From Dictyostelium discoideum (taxonomy: Eukaryota), in contig CM000150.2 of assembly GCA_000004695.1 (NCBI GenBank), positions 4,768,001 to 4,832,000 on the forward strand: DNA of 64,000 bases. The letters run 5' to 3'. The translations under genes and the position numbers were made by a program. The notes under the pieces were generated by a model. The model did no database searches. It worked only from the letters and a program-made list of their open reading frames with translations, and was not told the DNA's origin. Shown here one piece after another: positions 1 to 20,000 of the stretch (positions are counted from its first letter, which is position 1; every line of letters begins with the position of its first letter).

Positions 1-680
1 ATAGTTTTATTTTATTATTAAGAAGTGGTAGATATATTAATTATTTTGATTGGTTAACTTCATTTTGTTCAATTATAAATGGAGATAATAATCCAACTCC
101 TAATCTAAAGTAAGTATTTTTTATTTTTTTTTTTATTTTAATTTTTTTTTATATATATATATTTTTTTTTTCTTTAACTCACCATTTTTTTATTTTTTTA
201 TTAGGGCAAGATTTATAAAATCAGTCGATACATTTGTAAGTTTGGAATTAATTAAAAAAACTAGGAAAAGAAAAGATCATTTTGAAAAAATTGCTTTCTT
301 AACTACATCATAAAAATAATTATAAATAAAAATAAAACATTTATTTATTAAATATTTTTAAATAAATATAAAAATCAATTTTGGTTTAAATTGGAAATGA
401 GTGTCATTTTATTTTTTTGATCAACCCCCACACCCATTGCGGACAATATTCCTATTTTTTTTGTTTTTTATTTTTTTATTTATTTTTTTTTTTTATTTTT
501 TTTTTTTATTTTTGTATTTTATTTTTTAATTTTTTTTTTTTTTAATTTTTTTTTTAATTTTCAAATTTTATGTTCAAAAAACAAATTTTTCCATTTATTA
601 TTTTATTGTTTTCTTTTTTTATTTACTATTATAACAATAAAAATAATAATAATTTAACAAAAGAAGAAGGTTTATTTAAA

Positions 681-900
681 ATGGATCCATCATCATTATC
701 AAATCCACAAGAATGCAAAGTTACTTCATTAAATTTAGTATTATCAGTAAACTTTGAAAAATCACAATTACAAGGTTATGTTGAAGTTGCCTCACAAATT
801 GTTAAAGAAGGTACTGAAAGTTTAATTTTAGATACTAATCAATTAGAAATCTCTCATTGTAATGATGTTACTTCAAATCCAATTAATGTAAGTTTATATA

Positions 901-941
<41 letters not shown>

Positions 942-2017
942 ATTATTATTATATGTATGTGTGTTAATTACTTACTCTTTTTTACTTTTTACTTTTTTTT
1001 TTTTTTTATTTTTTGTTTTTTTCTTGTTTTATTTTTAGTTCAAACTTTCAGAAGAACATAAAGTTTTTGGTAAAGCATTAATCATTTCAATTCCAGAAGG
1101 TTTAAGATCAGTTGGTAAAGAATTCATTGTTAGAGTTTATTATAATACCACTGTTGATTCAAATGCATTACAATGGTTAACTAAGGATCAAACTGCTGGT
1201 AAATTACACCCATACCTTTTCTCACAATGTCAAGCGTAAGTGTTTTTTTTTTTTTTTTTAAAAAAAATGGATTGGATTGGAAGTGGGGAAAATTGAAGGA
1301 AAAAAAAAAAAAAAAAAGGAATAGTAAACTAATTCATAATATTTTTTTATAGTATTCATGCAAGATCATTAGTCCCATGTCAAGATAGCCCAAGTAATAA
1401 AGTTAAATATCAAGCTGAAATCACAGTTCCAAAACCATTAACTGCTTTAATGAGTGCTTTATCAACTGGTAAAACTGAATCAACTGATTCAAGTGTTTTC
1501 ACTTTTACTCAAGAAATTCCAATCCCAGTAAGTTTTTTTTTTTTTCAAAAAAAATACCAAATTAATTACTAATTATTAATTTTTAATTTTTAATTATTTT
1601 TTTAGACTTATTTAATTGCAATTGTTGTTGGTGATTTAGAATCAAGAGTAATTGGACCAAGATCAAAAGTATGGTCAGAACCATCAATGGTCGCAGCAGC
1701 TGAATATGAATTCGCAAACACAGAGAAGTTCATTGCTGTTGGTGAAGATTTATTAACTCCATACGTTTGGGGTAGATATGATATTCTTTTACTTCCACCA
1801 TCATTCCCATATGGCGGTATGGAGTAAGTTTTTTTTTTTTTTCATTTTTTTTTTTTTACCAAACCAAATTTTAATACTGACATTTTTTTTTTTTCTTTTT
1901 TAATATTTAAAATATAGAAATCCACTTTTAACTTTTGTTACTCCAACTTTATTAGCTGGTGATCGTTCATTAGAAGGTGTTGTTGCTCATGAAATTGCGT
2001 TTGTATTAATATTAATT

Positions 2018-2057
<40 letters not shown>

Positions 2058-3055
2058 AAAGAAAAAGGTGTTTTTACTAACTTTTTTTTTTATTATAATA
2101 AATTTATTTTAGTCATAGTTGGTGTGGTAATTTAGTAACAAATAAATATTGGTCAGAATTCTTTTTAAATGAAGGTTTTACAGTATTTGTTGAAAGAAAG
2201 ATTCTTGGTCGTCTTTATGGTGAAGAAATGTTTGATTTTGAAGCAATGAATGGTTTGAAACATCTTCATGATGATGTTGATTTATTCACACATAAACATC
2301 AAGAAGAATTGACAGCATTAATTCCAAATCTTAATGGTATTGACCCAGATGATGCATTCTCATCTGTACCATATGAAAAAGGTTTCAATCTCTTATGTTA
2401 TCTTCAATCATTGGTTGGTGTTGCCGATTTTGAAGCTTGGTTAAAATCATACATTTCCAAATTCTCTTATCAAAGTATTGTCGCCACCCAAATGAAAGAT
2501 TATTTCATTGAATATTTCACAGAGAAGGGTAAATCCGAGCAAATCAGTGTTGTAAATTGGAATGATTGGTTCAATAAACCAGGTATGCCAATTGAACAAG
2601 TTGTCTTTGTTTCCCCAGCTGCTAAAGTTGCCAAGGATTTAGCTGAAATCACTTGGATCAAAGATCAAGGTGTCAATGCAACCAAAGATGATATTAAATC
2701 ATTCAAAACTCAACAAATCATTCTCTTTTTGGATACTCTCATTCATTCAACCTCTGAAAAACCATTATCAGTCGATGTTTTAGAGAAAATGGATTCTCTC
2801 TATGGTTTCACCGATGTCGTTAATAGTGAATACAAATTCAGATGGCAAACATTATGTCTTCACTCTGGTTTAAAGAGAATTGAACCAAAAGTTGTTGAAT
2901 TTTTAATCTCTCAAGGTCGTATGAAATTCGTTAGACCACTCTATCGTGAATTAAATAAGGTTAACCCTGAATTGGCTAAATCCACTTTTAATAAATACAA
3001 ATCTCAATATCATATTATCGCTTCAAAGATGGTTGCAAAAGATTTAGGTTTATAA
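681..3055 (+). CDS. lkhA: Leukotriene A4 hydrolase / M1-family zinc aminopeptidase homolog, 6 exons, about 606 aa. Exons 681-887, 1039-1235, 1353-1527, 1606-1823, 1918-1998, 2113-3055.
   Basis: The joined exons align along the whole length with human LTA4H: [60 protein letters not shown], zinc motif [14 protein letters not shown]...[32 protein letters not shown]. Introns start GTAAGT (one GTTTGT) and end AG, and every junction keeps the frame. The ORF-track start at 570 is poly-T read-through; the ATG at 681 (MDPSSLSNP) matches the homolog N-terminus. Confidence 0.88.
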
Positions 3056-3139
3056 ATGTAAATTAATAAACTCTTTTTTTTAAAAAAAAAAAAAATAGTA
3101 AATATTTCAATAAATACTTAAGTTTATAATAAAGCTTAG

Positions 3140-3174
<35 letters not shown>

Positions 3175-3262
3175 TTTTCCAAAAATTTTTTTTAATCAGT
3201 TTTTAAAAACTTTGCTACTATATTTGTATTTTTATTTTTTTAATTTTTTATTATTAGTACAC

Positions 3263-3496
3263 CTATTGACATAATAGTGTTTCAAGTTCTTTTTGGTGAT
3301 CAGGTCTTAATTCAGTTTTTATTTGTTTCAACTCTTGGGATAGTGATTCATCCTTTGGTGAAAATAAAAGTAAACCAGTTACTCTTATAACTTCACTTAT
3401 TGAAAATTTATATTCTTCATCATTTTCTGATTTTGAAATTTCTTGAAATTTATTTAATATTTTTGATAAATTATTTGAACCTGATGAATAATTCAT
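3263..3496 (-). CDS. Hypothetical small acidic protein, 77 aa, no recognisable domain.
   Basis: Clean ATG-to-stop ORF with normal, non-homopolymeric composition (MNYSSGSNNLSKILNKFQEISKSENDEEYKF...). It lies tail-to-tail just past the lkhA stop. No motif was recognised. Confidence 0.3.
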   Translation of the reverse strand: MNYSSGSNNLSKILNKFQEISKSENDEEYKFSISEVIRVTGLLLFSPKDESLSQELKQIKTELRPDHQKELETLLCQ

Positions 3497-4746
3497 TTTT
3501 ATTTTTTTTATTATAATATTTTTTTATTTTTATTTTTTTATTTTTATTTTTATTTTTTTTTCTAAAACAATTAATTATATATGTTAATACTAATGTAATA
3601 ATAATTAAAAAAAATAATAAAAGGGTAAAAAAAAAAAAATAATTTAAAAAAAGAAAAAAAAATAAACAAAAAAAAAAAAAAAATAAAAATAAAAAAAAAA
3701 AAAATAAAAAAAATTTAATTCTTTGATTAATAAATTTGTGAATATATTTATTTTTAATTTTTTTATATTTTTTTATAATTTTGAACCACATTACCTCATA
3801 TGTAAATTTTACCCCTAAATCAAATGTGTTAATAAAAAAAAAAAAAAAAACATTGAATATCAAAAAATTTAAAAATAAAAAAAAGTTAATATATTTTAGA
3901 ATTTTTTATTTTTATTTTTTTATTTTTTATTTATTGATTAAGAATAATAGTTTGAGAACAATAAACAATATGAAATACAAAATGATATAAGTAATTGAAA
4001 AAATTGATTCTTCCAAAATAAAAAAATAAATAAAAAAACTTATAAATATTTGGATTCTTTCAATTGTTTTTTTAAATTATATCCATATTACTATTATATT
4101 TATTTGAAAACTATAAAGGAGATGTACTTTCTATGATTATGAACTGCAATTAAATATAAAACAAAATGAATTAAAAAATGTTAATTTACCCAATTTTTTA
4201 AAAATAATATACAAAAGCTGCGCATCTCTTATTAATTTCAAAATAATATTAAATAATTTAATACCCAATTTTATATTTTTTATAATATTAAATTTATTTA
4301 ATAATAAATAAATTAATTATTTTTTTTTTTTTAGTTAATTGAAATTTTTTATTTATTTTTTATTTCATAGCAAATAAATATTGTAATAGAGTAATAGAGT
4401 TTTAAATACCCTTTATTTACCTTTTTTCTTAATTTTAAATAATATTAAATTTTAAAAAAAAAAATAAAATAATAAAAAAAAAAACAAAACTTTATAAAGT
4501 GAATGAATATCATTATCATCTAACGCAATTAAATCATTAAATGGATATAAATGTTTAAACTCTTCACCAGAATCACCAATCTAAATTGACTTGTCCAAAA
4601 ATTATACCAAAATCACCTCAAATTCAAACGAATAACAATAACAACAACAACAATAATAATAATTTAAGAAATAATAAATCAAAATTATTAAGATCAACAA
4701 TTTCAAAACTACCAACCTCACCTCAAACAACATCATCATCATAACC

Positions 4747-4799
<53 letters not shown>

Positions 4800-5467
4800 G
4801 AACTTCTACTACAACATAAAGAACAACAATAAATTCAAAAATGAATTCATTTAATAATATTTATTAACAAAATAATCCAATTAATTCACCATTTATATTA
4901 AATGATGAAAAATTCAAATTTTAAATGATATTGAACCAATTTCAAGTGATCCATTATTATTATTACCCACTACTAATTCAGCAATTTCATCAAATAATTA
5001 TAATAATAATAATAATAATAATTTAACAAAGAAAAAGAAAAAGAAATCAATAATTTATATTAAATTATTAAATCCAATTAAAGTTATATTATCATTCTCA
5101 TTTTTTAGAGATGGATTTGTTGGTCATTCAAATTCAGATTTCGTTGGTATTTTATTAGAAGTTGTTGGTGTTTTGTTTTGGTGTTTTAGATAGAATACCA
5201 TTATGTTTAAATGCATTGATATTGGAGCATCCATTCTTATTGGAACTTTTGTTTGCAATTAGAATTAAATCACCACTTTTATTTGGTACTGATATTCTTT
5301 TGGTTGAATATAATTTCCACGAACAATCATAGGGTCACTACAATTTGGAAACAACTTTCAAGGGTAGATTCAAAAATTCAGATACCACCAAATAATTACG
5401 GTCACTTACTTTCTTTAAAAGTTCACGCATAACATCATTTGTTGATTCATTTTCCACCACCACCTCT

Positions 5468-7096
<1,629 letters not shown>

Positions 7097-7285
7097 TTTT
7101 TGAATGATATTTGTATGAAATAAAGGGCGGAAAAAAAAATTAAAAAATAAAAAAATAAAAATAAAAATAAAAATAAAAAAAATAAAAAAAAAATAAAAAT
7201 AAAAAACCAACCCATTTTTTCTAACCCATTTTCAAACCTAAATTTCAATTGGAACTTCAACAAATAATTTAATTTTTTAAGTTAA

Positions 7286-7352
7286 TTAAATAAAAAATTT
7301 TATTTTATTTTATTTTATTTTATTTTATTTTATTTTATTTTATTTTATTTTA
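7286..7352. repeat. (ATTTT)n pentanucleotide microsatellite, about 13 units.
   Basis: 'ttttattttattttatttt' tandem run. Confidence 0.9.
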
Positions 7353-7890
7353 TTTTATTTTTTCCCATTTTTCTATTATATGCTGCTGTTACTTTTGAAA
7401 GTGGTCTAACAACATTCAAAAATGTTGCAGGAACCCAATCTTCAATTGTTGGTTTTTTATCCCCTCTGGCTTATAGCATTCATTTCAATAATGGAGGTGT
7501 AAAGAATTATATCACTTTAATAACAAATCTTCGTATTCTCCTTGTTAAACGAATAAAGAATAGTTACTCATTCAGATGGTCTTCAACTTTTGAAAATATT
7601 AAATCTTGTGAAATCACTCCAGACGGTTTACTATTACACTTTGAACATCTTCAAAGATGTGGATTATAGATCTCAACATTGTATTCATATCACAAAACCT
7701 GATCAATTCTCTATCTCAACTTTATTTAATTATTAAAGAACAAATTTTAAAAATTAAAAACTAAATTTATTTACTACCATACTAAATTTTTTTTTTTTTT
7801 TATTTTTTGGAGAATTCAATAAAGAATATAATAATGGTGTTTTCAAATAAAATATTTGTCTTTTTTTTAAATAATAAATAAATAAATTGA

Positions 7891-7950
7891 CGCATACCCA
7901 CCCATCCAATCCATATGCTTGATACCTAAAAATACTAAATTTAAAATATT
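7891..7950. repeat. Copy A of a roughly 58-bp direct repeat (TTGACGCATACCCACCCATCCAA-YCC-TAT-GNTTGATACC...TACTAAATTTAA).
   Basis: About 85% identical to the segment at 8111-8170, which lies 220 bp away. Confidence 0.8.
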
Positions 7951-8110
7951 TATTATTATTCTGTTTTTGCCTAAAATTTTATTTTTTTCTTTTTATTTAT
8001 AATTATATATAATCCTTTCCCTATAAAATATAAAGTATTTATAACTTACCTTAAAGTTCAATGGACCACCACACCTAATACATACATTAACAACTACTTC
8101 ACCTAAAGAC

Positions 8111-8170
8111 CACATGTTGACGCATACCCACCCATCCAACCCTATATGGTTGATACCTTTAATACTAAAT
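8111..8170. repeat. Copy B of the same direct repeat. On the minus strand it is part of an exon-like segment (8046-8158) bounded by an AG acceptor and a GTAAGT donor.
   Basis: The minus strand reads ..tattaaag|GTATCAACCATATAGGGTTGGATGGGTGGGTATGCGTCAACATGTGGTCTTTAGGTGAAG...AACTTTAAG|gtaagt, translating to GINHIGLDGWVCVNMWSLGEVVVNVCIRCGGPLNFK. Confidence 0.6.
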
Positions 8171-8725
8171 TTAACTTAGTAGAAAAATTGATTTAAGTTA
8201 TTCAAGAAGAAGACAATGATGAAACCCAATAATATGATAAACTATTTTAAGAATCAAATAAATATAGACTTTTTAATTCACAAGGTGGAGTTTTTAATGT
8301 CGGTTTATCTCCCATAATTTTTTATAAAAAATCACCAATAGCGTTTCATTAAAGAATCATCATATTACATTTTTTTTTTTTTTTAATAAAAATATAAGAA
8401 TCTATTTAAAAATCAGTAATTTAAATTAAATTTGGAAATTAAAAAAAAAAAAAAATTCAACTGTGTAAATGAAGCAAAGTGATTACAAACAATATAAAAC
8501 TATTTAATTGAAGTTTTTTTTATTTTGTTTTATTAAATTATTAATAAATTAATTTTTTTTTTTTTTTTTTTATTTTGGTATTAACAAATAATATTATAAT
8601 AAGTTAAATTTTATTAATTTGTTTTTTGTTAGATTTACAAAAAATAAATTAAGTTAAATTTTTTTTTTTTTTTTTTGTTAGATTTACAAAAAATAAATCA
8701 AAAAAAACTTAAAGTTTTGCTAATT

Positions 8726-8773
<48 letters not shown>

Positions 8774-8807
8774 AAATTAATTAAAAGTATACTATACATT
8801 TATTAAA

Positions 8808-14904
<6,097 letters not shown>

Positions 14905-15328
14905 TACTACCTGAATTTATTTATTAAAAAAAAAAAAAACTTAATTTTTTTGAATTAATAATTTTATTTTTAATTTTAAAAAAATGAATAATTTCAAAAT
15001 CTAATAAATAAAATCTAAATAATTTAAAACCTACCCTTCTTTATTTTGAAATCTATATTTCAAAATATTTTTTGTTTTTATTTTTTTTATTACTATTTAT
15101 TTTTTTATCTTTTTATTTTTAAATTGACTAGAAATCCAATCTCTACAACTATGAAAAATGGGGGGGGATATAAAAAAAAAATAATATTATTAAATAAATT
15201 ATTAAATAATTAAATCTTCTTTTTTTTTTTTTTTTTTTTTTTTTTATTAAAAAAAATAAAAAAACAAATAAATATATATATATAGATATAAAAAGTTTTT
15301 TATAAGCAAAAGGTGTGGATGAAAAGAA

Positions 15329-15372
<44 letters not shown>

Positions 15373-16021
15373 AAAAATTAAAAAAAAAAATAAAAATAAA
15401 AATTAAAAAATTAAAAAAAAAAAAATAAAAAAAATAAAAAGATATTATTACCTAAGTATGGTTTTAATACTTTTTTTTTTTTTTTTTCCCTGTTTTTTTT
15501 TTCCTTTTTTTTTTTTTTTTTTTTTTTTTTCCATATAAAAAATAAAAATAAATTTTTAATCATGAAATAAAGATTTTCAGCAATAACACCATTATTAATT
15601 TTATTTTTGGAATCCATTTAAAGTATTCATTTATAAAAAAAAAAAAAAAAAAAAATTAATTTTTTCAAAAAAAAAAAAAAAAAAAAAAAAAAATTTATAA
15701 AAAAACTTTTTTTTTTTTTTTTTTTTATTTTTTTATTTTTTTTTAAAGTTCATCATATTGCATTTTTCAATTGGAGACAATTTTGTTGGAATTGTGATCA
15801 TCATTGTTTATAATACAAAGCACAAAGCAATTGGTGTGATTTAGAAGGATTTATAATAATAATAATTTATTTTTAAAAATAAAATAAAACAAAAAAAAAA
15901 AGATTACATATAATCTTACTTTCACACCACACACACGCTCATATATTTATATACCTCAACCTCACCTCAACACATTTCCCCCAACTATTATTCATTCATT
16001 TTATAAATTATAAAAACAACA

Positions 16022-16246
16022 ATGGAAGATAAATTTTATAAGACGAACGAAGATAAATTTTCATGGATTGTTGGACTCAAGGTTAGAATTAAGACAACAT
16101 CTGACGAACAATTTGAAGGTGAAGTTTTCAATTATGATCCAGTTACTACTTGTATTATAATCTGTAAGTTAATTTTTTTATTATTTTTTTTTTTAAATAA
16201 CAATAATTATAAAAATTAACAATATATTTTTTTTTTTTTTAATTTA

Positions 16247-16277
<31 letters not shown>

Positions 16278-16931
16278 GTGAGTGATGAATCAACACCAGC
16301 AGTTGTAACACAAAAGAGAACAGTTAGAATTATATTGGAATCATCGATTAAAGAAATTAAATGTTTATCATTACCAACCAATACCAACTCCAACACCACT
16401 ACTACCACAACACCAACTGTTACATCACCATCAACTACAAACAAACAAAATAATCACAATAATCATCACCATCAAAATAATATAAACAACGATTTATCAC
16501 TACCATCTTTAAATGTACAATTAATTATTAAAAAACAAGATGAAGTCATTAAAAAAGCTGCTCAAAAAGCAATGAAAATTGGTGTTGGTGTTACCCCTGA
16601 AGCTCAAGAAATTTTTAATTCTCTTTCTAGAACGTATGAATCTATTATTTTATTATAAATAATTTTTTTTTAAAACTATAAAATTTAATTTAAACTATAA
16701 ATTAAATAATAATATTTTAATAATAATAATAATAAAAAAATATACTAATTTTTATTATTATTATTATTTAGTTTACCATGCGATTGGTCAGGTGAAAATA
16801 TTATAGTATTAAATGAAGTTAAAATTTCAAGTCCATATAATATTGAAAATTGTACAGGTCCAGAAAATTGTAAATCAATTGAAAGAGTTAAAAAAGTTTT
16901 AGAAGCTGAAAGAAAAAAATTAAAGATTTAA
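16022..16931 (+). CDS. lsm12: LSM12 homolog (LSm plus AD domain), 3 exons: 16022-16163, 16279-16633, 16772-16931.
   Basis: The N-terminal LSm-like segment is WIVGLKVRIKTTSDEQFEGEVFNYDPVTTCIII. The C-terminus LNVQLIIKK...GVGVTPEAQEIFNSLSRT|LPCDWSGENIIVLNEVKISSPYNIENCTGPE matches human LSM12 ([29 protein letters not shown]). Donors are GTAAGT and GTATGA, acceptors are AG, and the frame is preserved. Confidence 0.8.
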
Positions 16932-16971
16932 TTAATATTTTAAAATTTTTTATTATTACAGTGTTTTATTA

Positions 16972-17003
<32 letters not shown>

Positions 17004-17052
17004 CCCAATTTTTTATGATTTTAAATTATTATTATTATTATTATTTTATTTT

Positions 17053-20000
17053 TTAAATTAAATTATGAATTGATTCAATTTCACTTTGAAGTTTTGGGAA
17101 AAAGGATTCTAATTTTTCATGAAGACCACGTAATTCATCAGGACAACGTTTTGAGTGAATGATTAAACCACATTCTAAAATATTAGCTTGACGAGTTAAT
17201 TCTGAAGAGAGTTTAGAGAGGAAAGGTTTTTGTGGACGATATGGTTCAGGTACTTGATAGAAAGCTTCTTTGTAAAGTGAGATACCACCATTTACAGCTG
17301 CATCGATTGAACCATTTAAAGCCATAGCCAAAGGATTTAAGTTTAGTTGTGGTGATTTTTCATATTTCTTTACCATTTCATCCAATTCTTCATTCTTTGA
17401 AGAGACAGAATTGATGGCATTCTCAATTGGTGATAGATCGACATGAAGTTTCTTTATTACTTGAGCACGACGATGAATGGTTGGGAAAGAAGAGTCAGTT
17501 AAAAGGAAATGATTCTTTATCCAAAGATCACCAAATTTATTATTACTATTTGAAACTACTGCACCTGAAGCCTTTTCAAAAGGTTTAGAATAAACGAAAA
17601 CATTTACATCATTTCTCTTTAAGTAGGATTTCGAATTATTTGGTGTACCTGGTATAATGAATTTTTGTTTCTTTTCAACCTCTTGTAAATTGGATGGATT
17701 AACAACGGTGACTAATAAATATTTACCATCGGAATTTTGAATTTCAGTAGTTGGTTCACTTGTGGATTTCAATAATTCAGCATCTGGGAATTTGGCTAAA
17801 ATTCTAGCGGTGAAGTCGGGTAATCTTTCCAATTCAAAACCTTTGTAAAGGAATTCCTTACCTTGAATTGATAGAGGGAATTTCTTACCGTAATAACCCA
17901 CACGGAAGTATTCAGCAAATAGACGTTCAGTGTTTAGAATCTTTTCATAGAATTCCGCTTCTTGGATTGATACCTCTGATAAACCTTTGAAATTATAGGT
18001 TTGTTCATAATGTAATTTCAAATCTTGTAATAGTGTGATACATCTCTCCCAAACTTGACCTTTATCTAAATATTGAATTGCCATTTTCAAAAGACGTACT
18101 TTACGATCACTTGATGATTCTTGTGGCATTGTTGTTGGTTGTTGATTCAATGCCAATGTATAGGGTGGTACAATTTGTTCTGTATTCCATTCATAAAGAT
18201 CTGAATGTAAAATAATTGCAAAACCAGCCTCTGTATAATAACCATTGGTTAAATGTTGATTTAATAACTCGTAAAGATATTTAATATAGGTATCTTTTCT
18301 ATCCTTAAAATATTCCATCATTTTTAAGGTTGCAATAGTTCTCTCCTCTTCAAAGGCACGATCAGTTGGTAAAGTTCTAAATTCAAATAATAATGATAAT
18401 AATTGATTAATATTTGAAATGAATGATTTTGATTCTTTAATTAATAATTCATTACTACCACTACCACCACCACCATTTACACTATCAATTAAACGTTTAA
18501 TTAAAAAGTTTTTAAATATATCTTCATCACAAATTCTTTCTCTAATTGTAATTTTATCTAATACTTCAATCGTTTTACTTTCAATTCTTTTTAATGATTT
18601 ATATTCTAAAAATTCATTTTTAATTATTATAAAAAATAAATTTTGAATAAATTCATTAACATCATTATTACCATTCTATTTTTTTTTCAAAATAATAAAT
18701 TAAAAATATTAATATTTAAATAAATATATGTAAAAATTAAAAATTAAAATTAAAAAACTTACTAATAAAGAATATAATAAATTTACTAATAATGATTGAT
18801 TAAATTGATTTTGTAATTGAATTGTTAATAAATGATTCCAAGATTTAATTATTGAAATTAAAATAAATGATCTAATTTCATCTAATTGTTGTTTAATATG
18901 AGAGAGACGATGAATTCTATTTTCATTTAATCTTAATGATGAAGAAGTTATGAAAGCAAATTTAACATTAAATAATAATGTCCAACCATCTAAATCTGAT
19001 TGAGTAGTGAAATATTTACAACAATAAGGTTCAAGTACTTCCAATACTGATAAGGTAACATTATATTGGAAAAGATTAAGAGTTGGCCATTTTGATGAAT
19101 AAATGGAACGACCAATAAAACCTTCCATAATACGTAAGAATTTTCTGATGAAAGGTTTAATAGTTTTCTCTTCAGTTAGATTCTCTTGAATATATTTTTC
19201 AAAATGATTTGAATATTTAGTTGGTTGACCATTACCTGTAATTGGTGTACCACATTTAATAAAGTAATGAATTATTGTATAGAAATTTGAAAGTAAATAA
19301 GTATGTTCGGTTGTCATTGATGTAAATGTTGTTGTATCACTTGAAATGGTTGTTAACAATGCATCGGCCAATGTTAACATTTTTGTGAAAACAATTGCAA
19401 TAATACCAACTGCTTTATTTCTATCGATTGGATTTAATATTTCAATAGCTTCTAAAAGTAATGCCAATAATTGATTTGATAATCTTAATTCCTCACCTTT
19501 ATTTAAATGTTGATCAATGGTTGAGATTAATGCTGGTAATAAATGTTGATAAGTTGTTGGTCCAATTGGTAATTGAGTTGATAAAATCTTATGATAGATT
19601 GTTAATTTAGATTGATAGAAATTCTTATCACTATAGTAGACTGATTCCATAAAGTCGGATAAAATTACACAAAGTTCAGTTGTATTGAAAAAGTTACTTA
19701 AACCTTTCATAATTACAGCGAAATTACGTAATGCAAATGTTTGTGGTACAATTAATAGCTTCTCATTACTATTTGACATTAAATTATTAAGTAGTGCCAA
19801 GAAATCTCTTAAATCTTGTTTCCATTGAGTTTCTTCATCATCGATGAGTTGTTTGGCTTGTTGTTCTCTAATATAAACTAATCTTGATTTTGTAATCAAT
19901 TGGAACATATAATCCAAGGCTTTTAAAGTATTTGAAATCTTTGCAGTTTCTTTGGTGGAAATATCCTCTATAGAATAGGAAATACATTTCAATAGATGTT

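Noticed and set aside
415-445. GC-containing island TCAACCCCCACACCCATTGCGGACAATATTCC, considered as a small-RNA upstream element (CCCA-type).
   Set aside because: It lies about 240 bp upstream of the lkhA ATG with no discrete ncRNA-like segment after it. It is most simply a promoter element of lkhA, and the match to the DUSE consensus is only partial.
3471-3990. ORFs 3471-3863 (minus strand) and 3781-3990 (plus strand), F/K-rich.
   Set aside because: They are translations of poly-T and poly-A intergenic tracts. The same reasoning applies to 7051-7263, 15411-15617, 24877-25089, 26419-26628, 26891-27127, 30513-30719, 38089-39976 and 50961-51695.
4602-4799. Minus-strand ORF of 65 aa beginning with an L run of about 18 residues.
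   Set aside because: It is the reverse-complement reading of a (CAA)n microsatellite in a region that has stops in the sense frames. It is a homopolymer artefact.
7891-8170. The 58-bp duplicated element considered as a tRNA gene or a tRNA-gene-targeted retroelement (TRE-type) end.
   Set aside because: No cloverleaf can be drawn, and there is no GTTCGAATCC-type T-loop, no A/B box spacing, no nearby reverse-transcriptase or ORF1 coding capacity, and no target-site duplication pattern. It is retained as a finding only as a duplicated pseudo-exon.
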